Shown here in pieces: positions 13,204-26,001 of a stretch of 64,000 nucleotides of DNA; positions within the stretch are counted from its first letter, which is position 1, and the number at the start of each line of letters is the position of its first letter. The translations under genes were made by a program, and so were the position numbers. Below the pieces are notes generated by a model that was not told the DNA's origin, ran no database searches, and was given only the letters and a program-made list of their open reading frames with translations. The stretch covers positions 12,834,001 to 12,898,000 of the forward strand of contig CP075495.1 of NCBI GenBank assembly GCA_021613535.1. Reading direction: 5' to 3'. This DNA is from Adineta vaga (taxonomy: Eukaryota; Animalia; Rotifera).

Positions 13204-14590
13204 TTAACCATGTTGCCAAAAACGATGGAAAAGTGATGTATTTGGAGTAATGTTATGACTTTCTAATTGAGTAATTTGATCAACAGTTAAACGCCATCCT
13301 AAAGCACCAGCATTTTGTTCAGCTTGTTTACCATCACGAGCACCACCAAGTGGAATGACACCTAAAACATATGGATTAAATCATTTGATATTTAACATCG
13401 TTTTGAATGAATAGAATGAAGCGGATACATCAGTAAGATGATAGAATCTGCTAATACTCTATATGAATGTAGAATAAAAATCATCATACCTTTACAAATG
13501 ACATAATTCAACGCGATCGAAGAGACACTAACATTAAGTTTCTCAGCGATACCACGCATCGTTTGTAATAAGGGTTCTAATTCATCCATATTGACATCTG
13601 AGAATTTACGACCAGCAGGCGGTGGATTTGCCTTTGAATATTTACCTGTCAGACGACCCATTGCCTAGTCGATAGAAAGAACAATCGGCAATCATTTATG
13701 ATAAAACCTTTCTACGAAATATCAACTTACAAGTGGAGAATATCCAAGAACAGCTATACCTCGTTGATGACATGCTGCAATTAATCCTGATGTTTCTGGT
13801 GATCGTCGAAGAAGTGAATATTCCACCTGATTCGATGCAAGTTGAATGCCATGTTTTTGTAAACAATCATACATTTTGATGGTATCGGCAGTTGAATAGT
13901 TTGAAACGCCAACAGTTTTCGTAAGACCAAGTCTGACAGCTTCAGCTAAGGCATCTGCAACAACTTCAATCGAACGAAGATGAATCGGACCATGGATTTG
14001 ATAGAGAGCTACACAATCCACCTAAAAACGAACAAAAAATACTTTAGTCACTATAATAAAGTCATCAAGAATGATACATACCTTTAATCTATCAAGACTT
14101 GCTCGAAGTGCATTGATTAATGAACTTGGATAAGAGATTTTATATGGCATTGGAAGAAATTTGGTTGCAAGAACAATATCTTCTGTTCCAGCAACTGGAT
14201 GATTTGCTTTGTATTTTGCAATACAACGTTCACTAAAAGATGATACTTTATTTTATGTAAAACTATTATAATATATGTAACCATACCTTTCACCATTTCC
14301 GTAAATTTCAGCCGTGTCGAATGTATTGATACCCTTGGATATCGACATATCAAAAGCTTCTTTAGCTTTTACATCAAGTTCATCGTTCCAACCCCATTCT
14401 TTTCGATCTCCCCATGCCCAAGTACCGAGAACTATATTATAAATACATAAAAAATCAATAGAAAATGGCCGCTTTATTGGTTACCTAAGGGCGACACTAA
14501 AATTTTATCGGCAAGTTTTATTTTAGTTTCGGCAGTTGGAATAACGTCATTAGGAATACACACATTATACGAAGAATTACTAGATGCCAT
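13204..14590 (-). CDS. Aldo-keto reductase, pyridoxal-reductase-like/fungal-bacterial type; multi-exon
   Basis: Spliced product carries LGTWAWGD, FDTAEIYG, LATKF, LYQIHGP, VGVSNY, LASNQVEYSLL, YSPL(A)MGRLTGKY, IALNYVICKG and NAGALGWRL, ending FWQHG*. The catalytic D/Y/K/H residues are present. Confidence 0.9.
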
Positions 14591-14982
14591 TATTCTAGTG
14601 GTCGATGATTTAGTATAACACCGTAGATAGTATCTAAGATATGGAGCCTTCTTTGCAAAATGAAAAATAACTCGCATATTTATTTTATTTAGTCATGTTG
14701 TTTTCTTTCTTTATTTAAAAATACCGCAAATGGATATAAAGGATAACCATTGGATACATGGTATCGATAGGAGGCGCTGTTCTCGAATGCATTTACTTGC
14801 ATCTGTCGAAGAAACTTTACCAGTTTTTTATTTCAACTAGTGCAACTCTACTTGACATTCGATCAAAGGCATTTTTACATACCGCAAATCTTTTCTTTCT
14901 CCATATTCGCTAATATAGAAATGACTTTCATTTGAGAAAAAGGTTCTTTTTTATGTTTTTTTATTTAAAAGAACAAAACATA

Positions 14983-17900
14983 TTAGAAAAAGTCATTGCA
15001 AGAGCATTGACCATTCTTGGAAAAATGATGGATTCTATTTGTATCTCGAACAATAATTTCACATTGACGAATAGCAGCAATGAGTTTCGTTGCACTATCT
15101 ATCAATAAAAAGAGGATTCTTAAACAAAAATAATCAATAATTAATATGATGACTTACGACAATCCCCACAAATGCGAAGATTCTTTGTCAATTGAATTCG
15201 TGATGTATTCGGTTTTAAAACAAAATTCCATGCAATAGCAAGTTTTTCACTGTGTCCACAAAGTACCGATGCAACTGTTTCATCTTGATTGATTCGTCTT
15301 GTGATCCAACTGGAATCATATTGGTGACCATTTTGAACAAGTTCATCCGACATTTTCTCGAGTTCAGCATAAATTTCTTTCGATCGAGGATGTGATTGAT
15401 CATGAGCTCGAAATTGCTTGAAATAGAATAATTTCATATGTTTTATAATAAAACAATTATTGATTTATACTTAGACTCACATAAACTTCTCCATCAATGA
15501 CAGTCCATGCAAGACCAATTTTTTTCTTTGCACCGGATCGATTTAATTCATTCCTGATTTCAGACACCTTGTCCATATCACCTATTGATCCATAAACATT
15601 AGCAAGAAGAACTCCACCTGATATTATTGAATCCGACAATTTGGGAAAACGCTCTTTCATACGATCATAAGTTTCTTGTGATAAATGAGAATTTTTGGCA
15701 TTTCGAGCACCGGATAATAACGATACTAAAAATAAACTTATTCGAATCTATTTAATTAAAATAATAATAAACTAATACAAAGAACAAATAAATGGATCTT
15801 AATATATCGCCTTAAACGCGTAACCTCTTGGATGGTGAGTTCGAACTCAGTATTTCAAGAAGTTCTGATTGCCGTCTTAAAGAGCATAGTCCAAAGTTTA
15901 GGGAAAGATATTTGGTTTGTCTTTAAATTGTTGTAATTCATATAAAATTTATGGAAACAAATGTACTAGTCTGACATGAAAAAATTGAACTTATTTATGC
16001 CATATATTCTTGTAACCGTTTTATTAAAGCGGTTTGTTGTTTGCAGAGTTCGTCACGATAAATTATGCTAGCGAGGATGGAAGTATCCTTTCACATAATC
16101 ATTAGCTTTTGAATACGTTCTACTTGTGTGATTTGAGCTTAGATAATACTAGTATATTTATTTCGTCATCGCGTTACAAGAAGTCAGTATTGTTTATTTT
16201 TCACCAATAAGATCCAACAGTTTTCTTCTGAAAGTATATGCCTAAAGCTAGTTTTTCATGAGCTATCTGACGAATATATTTTTATTTTAGAAAGGTTATA
16301 ATCTGTAAAAAAATTTCGTAACGTGATGACGTTTTTCGCATTTTTTCCTTGCTTTTTATTTTAATAGCAGTTAGAATTTCGAAAAAAATGAAGTTTCATA
16401 TTTCTCAACTTAATCATATGGATTCAATGCAGTTTTCCCGTTGATTGCGAATATATAATTGGTTTCAGATTTCAACCCTACTTTTAGGAAAAAAAATCAA
16501 GAAATACCTTGAGTGCTTTAGATGTTGATAAATAACCTGACTAATTTACTACGGATGATTTTTGACTTGACATGACGAATTGTACCAAACTTAACGTTTA
16601 TTCTCTACAATTATGGCAGAAGGTACTTTATCTTAACTTTATGTAGCTGGAAAGGCTTCCAAAATAGGTAGTGCAAACTCTGGTTCGAAAACTCGCATCC
16701 TCGCGTAACGAAACCGTCATCGCGTTACATTAATAAAAGCGACTTTTTATGAGAATAGGCTGTCTATTCAGGAAACTGGTTTTAGTTATAAACATATCAA
16801 GGTGTGAGCTACAAAAGATCAGATGAATGTCTCCTTTGATGTATTACAGATCAGCAGAAAAATAGAAAAGACACATAGCAGTATCAAAATTTTGTCCTTT
16901 TTTCATCATCGTGTTACCACATGTATTTTATCAATAGTTTTCGAATGGTGCATTCAAACTAGCTAATTTTTTTAGGATTGATAGATGGCAATGAGATACG
17001 TATTCTGGCAACAGATTAAAATTTTTAAAGGCACTAGTCTATGAGAAAAGATGCGTACACTCCGGCCAAAACGTCATTGCGTTACGCGTGTTTAAGCCGA
17101 TATATATATCAGAAAATCTTCTATCCGTTTAAAACGATTATTGAGATATAGTGAATAGAATATCAATACTAAATTTTAAACAACCAGTTTTAGTGGAAAT
17201 TAAGTTTTATGTTTATATTTATGATTATTATCTACTATTCATAAAAACGATATAGAATATCACTTACAATACATAGGTGCTGAAGGTAAATTAGATGATT
17301 CATATTCATTGATTAATTGTTGTGCTTCTGGGAAACAAAACGATCGACTAAGACAGTCAGTCTAAGAAGAAAAAAGTGTTCAAGTCTTTGAAAATCCAAT
17401 AGATATTTTATTGTACCATAACTGTATAAATTCGTTCTGTTTTCATTTGAATTTTCCTGAATATTGGAAAAGCTTTATCAACCAGTCCAGCATGTGAACA
17501 TGCGTTCAAAACACAAATATAAGTAACTTCATTGATGAATTCATCGGGAACTTGTTCATAGAGTTCAATGGCTTCTAAACCTTTTCCATTCAAACCATAA
17601 GCATTAACTATTTATCAAAATATTTTTTGATTTATTTTTAGGAAAAAATCGAATAATTCTTACTCATTGCTGCATATCCAATAGTATTTGGTTGACGAAT
17701 TTTGTTGAAAATTTCTTTTGCTCGATCGACGCAAGAACTCTTTCCCTAAATTTTGTTTATGGTTTCGTTTTGAGAAAGAAAAAAACCCTTTTTCTCCAAA
17801 CCTACCCACATATGAATCAATGCATTGTGTATCTGATCATCAATCAAACAAGATTGAGGCATTTGTTGAACAATAGATTGTGATAATTCAAAATCACCAA

Positions 17901-19188
17901 TTTGAGCTAAAGATTTTATAATACAAGTCCAAATAATATGATTAATTTGAATATGATTTAATTTCATTTCATGAAAGAAATTTAATATTTTAAAAGAATT
18001 ATGTTCTTTTAAATATCCATTAATCATAACAGTATACATTGATAAGGTTTTGTCTGGTAATTGATCGAACAAGATTTGAGCATAGTTTATATCATCACAT
18101 TTAACTAATGCATCTAATAGAGATGTTAAAAGACGAAAATTCGAACTGAATAGTTTTGTAATATTTTTCGAATTTTTTTTAATCAAATTTAATGTTTCAT
18201 CAGATTTTAGTTGAGCGCATGCATTGAAGAAAAGTGTTAGAACACTTTCACTGGGCTTTTCGATTTGTTGAAAGAGTTCAATCGCTTTATTTTCCATTTT
18301 ATTTTCTATATATCCTAAAGACAAAATTCGTTTTACTAACTGAGATTTATATCTTACGAAGAAGTATATACCCTTCATTACTGCAGCGTACATCGGTGGA
18401 GTTTTATTGACTAATGAATGAAATAATCTTTCAGTTTCTTTTATATCACCACATTTCGCCAATGCATCTAATAGAGATGTTGAAAGATGAGTATTCGATT
18501 GAAGTTTGTTGTGAATATCATTGAAAATTCGTTTTGTTAGAAGTAATGCTTGATTAGTTTTTAGTTGAGCACATGCATTTAATACAAGTATAAATATAGT
18601 TTCATCAGGATTATCAATTTGATCAAATAATTCAATAACTTTGTTTGCTTGATGATTTGTAATATATCCTGATATAAAATGAATTGATTTTATATGAAAT
18701 AAATGTATTTAGATGAGATTTACCTTTGAGAAGAGCACCAAACATAGGTAAGGTTTTTCTCTTTGACAAATTAAATAATTCTTCAGCTTTTATTACTTGA
18801 TTACATTGCACTTTAAAAGCGACAAAGAGAAAATAGAACAATTTCGTTTTTCTAAATATTTACTGTAGAAATGAATTAAAGATGTTAATAAATATGAATC
18901 TTTATCCAAACGATTTGAAACAATATTATGAACCATTGTTCCACGTTGAAAATCACGTAATCCTGCACATGATTTTAGAACTTGTGTCAAAACTAAATTG
19001 GAAATCTGATTGATATTCTTGTTAGAATGCTTATCAAATAATTGTAATGCTTGTTTGAATTGTTTGTTCTTATTCATCAATTTCATTTGATCAACTAAAT
19101 TCCATTCATTCTTTGGAACATAAATAGAGCGTTTAACAGAAAAAATATTGTTGATTGATAAGCGATAAGTAAATAACTTGTTCAACAT
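14983..19188 (-). CDS. PLS-like pentatricopeptide-repeat protein with C-terminal E/DYW cytidine-deaminase domain; about 10 exons
   Basis: PPR helices ([50 protein letters not shown]....EAQQLI). A PG-box-like KKIGLAW is followed by [44 protein letters not shown] and GQCSCNDFF*. The frame is preserved across the introns I checked. Confidence 0.93.
15803..17106. mobile_element. Putative non-autonomous DNA transposon (~1.3 kb, imperfect TIRs) inside the 1.54-kb intron (15726-17267) of the PPR-DYW gene
   Basis: Left end is TATATCGCCTTAAACGCGTAAC (15803-15824). The right end reverse-complements to TATATCGGCTTAAACACGCGTAAC (17081-17104). Both ends sit in TA context, there are five internal copies of CGTCATCGCGTTAC, and there is no long ORF. 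Confidence 0.7.
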
Positions 19189-21084
19189 TGAATGGTTTTG
19201 TCGCAATGAAATATTCTTCTGATTAATTAGTTAGTACATGTACATTATCTGACGAAAAACGTGAAATAGAAATGCCAATCACTGATGATTGAAAACGCGT
19301 GACGACATCTGAAATTAACCACAAAAGGCTGGGGAACAAATGTCACAGAAATATCATAAAATAACTCTTTATTCGAACTGTATTTTATCTGAAAAAAGTC
19401 ACTTCCACTGTATTGGTGGCGCTACGGTAACGGTCTTTTTAACATGATATTTCATGGAAAAAAATGGAATTGGTTGACAACTCTTTAATTATGTTACAAA
19501 TCATAAAAATAAAATTACGAATATTTTAAATCAAGATTCTTCTTTATTTTCTGAAAATTTCATCTTTTGATTTTGAGTTCCACATCAGCCTTCAGTGAAA
19601 TGGATTTTTATCTCTATCTGATAACAGCCTAAATATTAATAATCCTATCTAATGTATTTCTTTCCTTCCAATAAATGAACTATTCATCCAATAAATAACG
19701 AGATTACTGACAAAAAAGACAAAAAAAGAAAGGAAAACAAAAAGTCACTACTCACTAGAGATAGTGAATAGATGCAGAATAACTGTTATTTCTTGCTCTC
19801 CAACTCTAACCATTGTACTGTTAGGACCATAGAGGTCATCAGTTATTCCAAATAAAAAATAGAAAAAACGTTATTTCTTCCACCTCTTTCTGATTGCAAT
19901 GCATATCTATGTAAACTGATGTTTGATTATCTAAATTGAAAAAGATTATTTCTTGATTTCGATACGCACATTCGAATTAATTCAATAAGAAAAAATAGTT
20001 TGATCATAATAGTACGCCGTTAATTAATCATCGACAACAATTATTAAAATTGACTTATCTTACAGTTTATTCTTGTTCAATCAATGGCTTAGTATTTCGG
20101 TTTTGATGGACTTCGATCCTTTCACAACAGATGATTGCTAGATTAATAAAAAGATTAGAAATATTTGTAGAGAAGCAGCAGAAGATTATGTATTTGTACT
20201 TGATAAAATTCTGAACAAACATCAAACGAGTATGAGATGCAACAGTATTACTATTACCCGACATTACCTAACTAACATCATAGTACCGAGACGATAAGAT
20301 AAAAAAAGATAATGGTCATTTTTCGAACTTAAAGAAAATTTGTTTCACACCATCAATGAAAACGGATTAATATTATCTGTTTTGTTCACTTATCTCCACA
20401 TATCCATGAGCTGCTTTCGTTCTTTGAAGTATAGAACAAACTTTATTTTGGGAAATTGAAATGGCACGTCATAACAACTAGATTATAGGGTGATTCCTAT
20501 TGGACTTGACAGATTCAGATGTGAACACTTGTCAGTATTCTACTTTATACAGCTTATTTCGTTTGTTTTCAAGTATTGTCTTCTCGCATATAATAAAAAC
20601 TTTCTATAGTAGGCATCGTCTGGACTTTTCAAGAGTGTCCACTTTGTGAGGGTTATGTATTTTGTAAACAACTCTTTTATACACGGAGTCGATATCCTTT
20701 TTTTGTACATTTGAAGATTCCTGGTGAATAAAACAGTTTGCTACGGATTATCGTTACTTCTGTTCACATTCATTTTTTTAAATATAATCAAATCTTTCTT
20801 ATCCACTATGCGGAGTTTCACTGTGCTTTGTTGTCGAACAATATTTTCTTATCCGGCAGCATTTTTCTACTCTACAAATAAATTCTATGATGATATATTG
20901 AGCAAATGATTAACTAATGCGACATCTATACATAAGATCCATTCATTAGATGACTCTGTCAACATTCATTTCGCTTCAATTTCTTCAAGACTAAACCAAT
21001 CAATAATCAATTTAGAATGTCGCCGTCAAAACACTCATTCGTCGTTCTCGTTCTCGTTTTTTTCTAGTTTTATTTTGAGAAACG

Positions 21085-22000
21085 ATGGATCTTGAAACAA
21101 TTCATGAACTCTTACAAAATGATCTCGTCGATGCTGGTTTTGAAATCCATTCTTTTCTAGTAAATTCGTTGTATATCTACTCGTCTTCATTTTTTTTAAA
21201 GAGTATTATGTTTAGATCTCTTGGTATAATTCTGTTGTTGATCCATTATTCCGTTTATCAAATTATGATAATGATGCAGTAGCGTTTCTTATTATAAGTA
21301 CACCAAATATGTTTGAAAAAACGTTCTTACGATATATCGCAAATGAACATAAAGATCTTACTCGTGATCCAATTGATTGTTGTGTAAAAGAAAAAATGCA
21401 ATCTGTTATAGAAGTATTTATTTGTTGTTTTCTTTTATTTCAACCATCAACATACTTCTAATTCTATTATAGAAAATTTCTGATCATGAAATTGACGTTC
21501 TTTTTGATTATGATCTTTGGCCAACACGACGACCAAAAATAATTATGCAAACAGTTGGACATGTCTCAGGTGCAGCTTATTTTTACAGTCGTGAACATCT
21601 CACTAATGATCCATTTCCTAAAGATAGAGTATAGATACATACTCACAACGAGTATTTCATTTATTCTAGTATAAATTTTTCTATACAGAATATGATGGGC
21701 GTATGTCTTCATCCCAAATATGGTGGATGGTTTGCTCTTCGATCAGTTCTCGTATTTAAAACACTCAAATGTCCATCATTACCACGTGTTCTACCTACCG
21801 ATGTATTAAATGGTGATGAAACACTAATCATTGATGTTTTACAACGTTTTAATGATTGTTGGCAAGATGGTACATATCGAAATGTGATACCAGTGATGGA
21901 AATGTATTCAACCTTACAACAATCTTATTTTCAGACGAAACCAATAGATCGATTAGTTTGGCTAGAAAATTTACGACGAATGGATAATGAGAAAGTTTAA
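21085..22000 (+). CDS. MMACHC: Cobalamin-processing enzyme CblC (MMACHC), 4 exons
   Basis: GFEIHSF.ISWYN, AFLIISTPNMFEK, DPIDCC, DYDLWPTRRPKIIMQTVGHVSGAAYFY, GVCLHPKYGGWFALRSVLVF, FNDCWQD..YR and YS..Q..YF.T.P are CblC motifs. Confidence 0.93.
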
Positions 22001-22152
22001 TATTTTTAGAACAACAAAAGATTTTTTGTAGACTAATCTCAGTAGTTTTGTTGATTCATATGTCTTTCGTGATTCTTTTTTCAATGAATTTGGTGATGGA
22101 TTTCCTGTTCTTTGTTTTCAGATGTTTAACTTATTTATACAAAAAATAGACG

Positions 22153-25100
22153 ATGGCAAATGAAGTAAATACAGAAACGGATCCGACAGGTATGAAACGA
22201 TATTACTAATGAAATCTTATAGATCGAATTATGTCATAAATATTTTCTATAGATGTGGATATCTGTCGTGTATGTCGATGTGAAGGCTCAACGGATCGAC
22301 CACTTTTCTATCCATGTCTATGTCATGGAAGTATTCGATATGTTCATGATGATTGGTAGGTTTTTCTTTGATTGATTCATAGATACGATGAAAAAGAACT
22401 ACTTTTGATGACATTTTTAGTTTAATTCAATGGTTAAAAATATCACGAAAAGAGGAATGTGAATTATGTGGAACAAAATTTCGTTTTACGCCAATTTATC
22501 ATCCATCCATGCCACCAGGTCGCTTACCAATCAAAGATTTAATCAATGGATTATTACGTACTTTCTTCAAAGCTTTAAGATATTGGCTTCATTACCTAAT
22601 TGTTGCTTTCTGTTGGCTTGGTGTAGTACCCATAACAGCTAGTCGTATTTATCGATGCCTTTTTGCTGGATCAATTTCATCAATTCTTACATTACCATAC
22701 GACATTGTATCTACAGATCATATATTAACCGATGTACTTCAAGGTGGTCTAGTTGTTTTTTGTTCTCTCGGTGCTTTTATTTGTCTACTTTGGTTGAGAG
22801 AACAGATTCTCACTGGTGGTGGACCAGCATGGTTACAACCAGCTGAAGCAGAAAATCCTCGACCAGCAGTAGTTGTTCCAGCAGTTAATATTATTGCACA
22901 AATAGAACCGATTGATGCAGTGCCTTTACTTCCTCCTCCTGCTCCACTTGCTCCAGTCCCTGCCGAAGCACTACCCATACCTGATCATGCTGAACAAGCA
23001 CTACCACGTAAGTCATTCGATATGATGGTTTACTGATATGATATTTTCTTTCTCTTCGTAGAAAGCGAACATGAAAACGAAGAAGCTGCTTTTGTAGATG
23101 CTGTTGATGATGAAGAGGATGACGATGATGATGATGATGATGATGACGACGAAGATGAAGACGGTGAAGATGAACATATCAATCCAATTGATCCACCAGC
23201 TGTTATTGTTGGAAATGCTCCAAATCTTGAACATAATCATAATTGGATTGATTGGGATCGAGCTGCTGATGATTTAACATGGGAACGATTACTAGGTCTA
23301 GATGGTTCCTTACAATTTCTTGAACATGTTTTTTGGGTTGTTACACTCAATACTTTATTCATTCTTATCTTTGCCTATGCTCCCTATCATCTTGGTAAAG
23401 TAATCATATCAAGTAAAACCTTTCGACAAACGATTGCTAATACACGTTATACAACTTCAATCAATACTTTAACCACTTATGGTAAATCATTTTTCTCTTA
23501 TTTTATTTCGAGATTTCTATTGATAAAAATTTTCTTTTTTAGGTTGTGTGAATGCGTTTATTGGTTATTTTTTCATATCTTTTATTCTTTTAATTACATT
23601 TACTATTCTAAGTTTTGTCAATTATCTAACACGTATACGTCGTTTTGTTGGTCTTGCTTATATTGTTTTGAAAGTAGCATTACTTGTCATATTGGAAATT
23701 CTTCTTTTTCCATTTATATGTGGAATATGGCTTGATATATGTTCTTTACGAATATTGAATGAACGTACAGTAACATTAAATGATCGTTTAATACAATTTC
23801 AAATGAGTCCTGGAACAAGTACATTTCTACATTGGTTATGTGGAATGGTTTTTGTTTTTTATTTTGCAACATTTATTTTTCTTTTACGTGAAGTCTTACG
23901 ACCAGGTGCATTATGGTTTTTAAAATCAATTAATGACATGGACTTTAATCCAATCCAAGAAATGATTCAATTACCACTTGCGTTACATTTACGACGCTTT
24001 GCCACATCAATTATTGTCTTTGGTTGTGTAATTATTTTGATGTTTTATGTACCAAGTGAATTACTTATACGTTGTATACCAAAATTTTTACCATTCAATG
24101 TCAAAGGAAGTCTTGAAACTGTCGTTAGTGAATTAATGATTGAATTTATTCTATTACAAGGAATCTTACCGACATTACTTGAACAAGGACATACACGAAC
24201 TATGCTTAAATATATGGTAATAAGAATTACATTTTTCTTGAAAACGTTTTATTTGTCTATGATTATTGTCTTTTTTAGCTTCAGTTATGGGTAGAATTAG
24301 CATCATGGATATTAGGCTTACGAACTTTTCTTCTCGGAGATGCACCAGCACCCTCAATTATCAATACACCACGAGTAGATCAAAATGATAATGTTTTACC
24401 ATTACCATTAGTTCCTGCACCAGATCAAGCTCAAAATAATCAACCTGAACAGATACCTCTTGCTCAACCATCTCCATCTCCATCATCATCATTATCTACT
24501 TTTACATTTATTGAACCATCATTGTTTCGTCTTCGTTTAGCTGGTCTTTGTTTATTTACTTGTTTGTCATTAACATTTCTTTCAATACTTGGTTTAACCA
24601 TTCCAGCAACTATTGGCCGTTCTCTTCTTGGTCTGCTCACAGGCACAGCACGATTACATGAATTATATACAATATTGACCGGTCTATATATTCTTTGGCT
24701 TATATCACGTACCATCTTCTTCATTCGATCATTATTACCATTTGATATCAATAATATCATTGAACGATTAAAAACATATAGTATTCTTTGTTTACGTGTC
24801 CTATTATGCACATTTTGTGTCATTGGTTATGTACCATTTATGATTGGATTAGCCAGTGAATTAGGTAAAATTGAGATTTATTTTGTTGATATATTCACTA
24901 AATTTGATATCTCTGTTATAGTTCTAATTATACCTTTGAGTACATCCATTGAACAAACAGCTGTACTTACACCGTTACGTGTTTGGATCATTGGTTTATT
25001 GAATACAAAAATTGCCATTGGTAAACGATTGTTTTTACAGCTTAATGAAAGAAAACTTTGTTGATTTGTTTGTTTTTTTCTAGCACTGGTTATGAGTGGT

Positions 25101-25439
25101 CCACAATGGCGATTGAAAAATGTTCTTGAACGTCTTTATCAAGATGGTTTACGTCGTATTGATTTTTCATTTCTAATCATTGAATTTCTTCTCCCATTTA
25201 CTCTCAACATTGGAATGTTTATGGCATTTCCATATTTAGGTGTTTCATATTTAGCTCCAAGATTATTTCAATCATCAACTGTTCATCAAATCGAACGTTA
25301 TATCTATTCAACTATCATTTCATTCATGCTTATTTTAGCATTTGTCATATTTCAAATCAAACAACTACGTCTACTATTCGAGCATGTACGTGATGAAAAA
25401 TATCTTGTTGGTCGTCGTTTAATAAACTTTGAAAGATGA
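22153..25439 (+). CDS. MARCHF6: ER membrane E3 ubiquitin ligase MARCH6/TEB4/Doa10
   Basis: N-terminal [46 protein letters not shown]...FRFTPIY, then [42 protein letters not shown], many TM helices, and C-terminal [14 protein letters not shown]. Confidence 0.95.
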
Positions 25440-26001
25440 CATATCTTTCTCCAAACTACCAATAAAAAAAGAAATTTTTCGTTCATTTTTTCATTCAAAC
25501 CTAGATTGTATTGTTCCTTATTGTTTGTATATGTGTGTGCAATAGATCAACAAAAAAAAAACACCACCGTTTGTGCGTCATTATTGATCATTATCATCTT
25601 CTGTATAGATGTCTTGTAATCCCTTCGATCTACTGTTTTTCTGTTTAACTTATATGTATAAATATATATTGAAAGTAAATTTATTTTCATGCAGCACAAC
25701 AAAACAAAATGAATAGACAAGGATGAAGGATTTCAATATCACGAATGTTAGATAAAAGACATTAATTTTCTACAAATATAAGTGCAAAGCGACTAGAAAA
25801 AGAAACTGTTTATTATTATTACAGTACTGAAAGCAAGAGATTCTTTAAGAATATATGATGAAGGAAAGAAAAAAGAAAAAGGATTTTTTCTGTTCAAGAT
25901 CACTTTGATAGTTTTAGAAAAAGAAAAAGATTCTAATGCTTCGAGAAATACATATGTATAGAAATTGGAATGATTATTTGTTCTTTAATTTAATGTCACT
26001 A

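Noticed and set aside
15830-15852. GAGTTCGAACTC resembling a tRNA/Pol III B-box
   Set aside because: No cloverleaf or convincing A-box; it is a short palindrome within the TIR element.
19210-21080. 1.9-kb gap between PPR-DYW and MMACHC with two short ORFs
   Set aside because: No family motifs or terminal repeats found; treated as divergent promoter/intergenic DNA.
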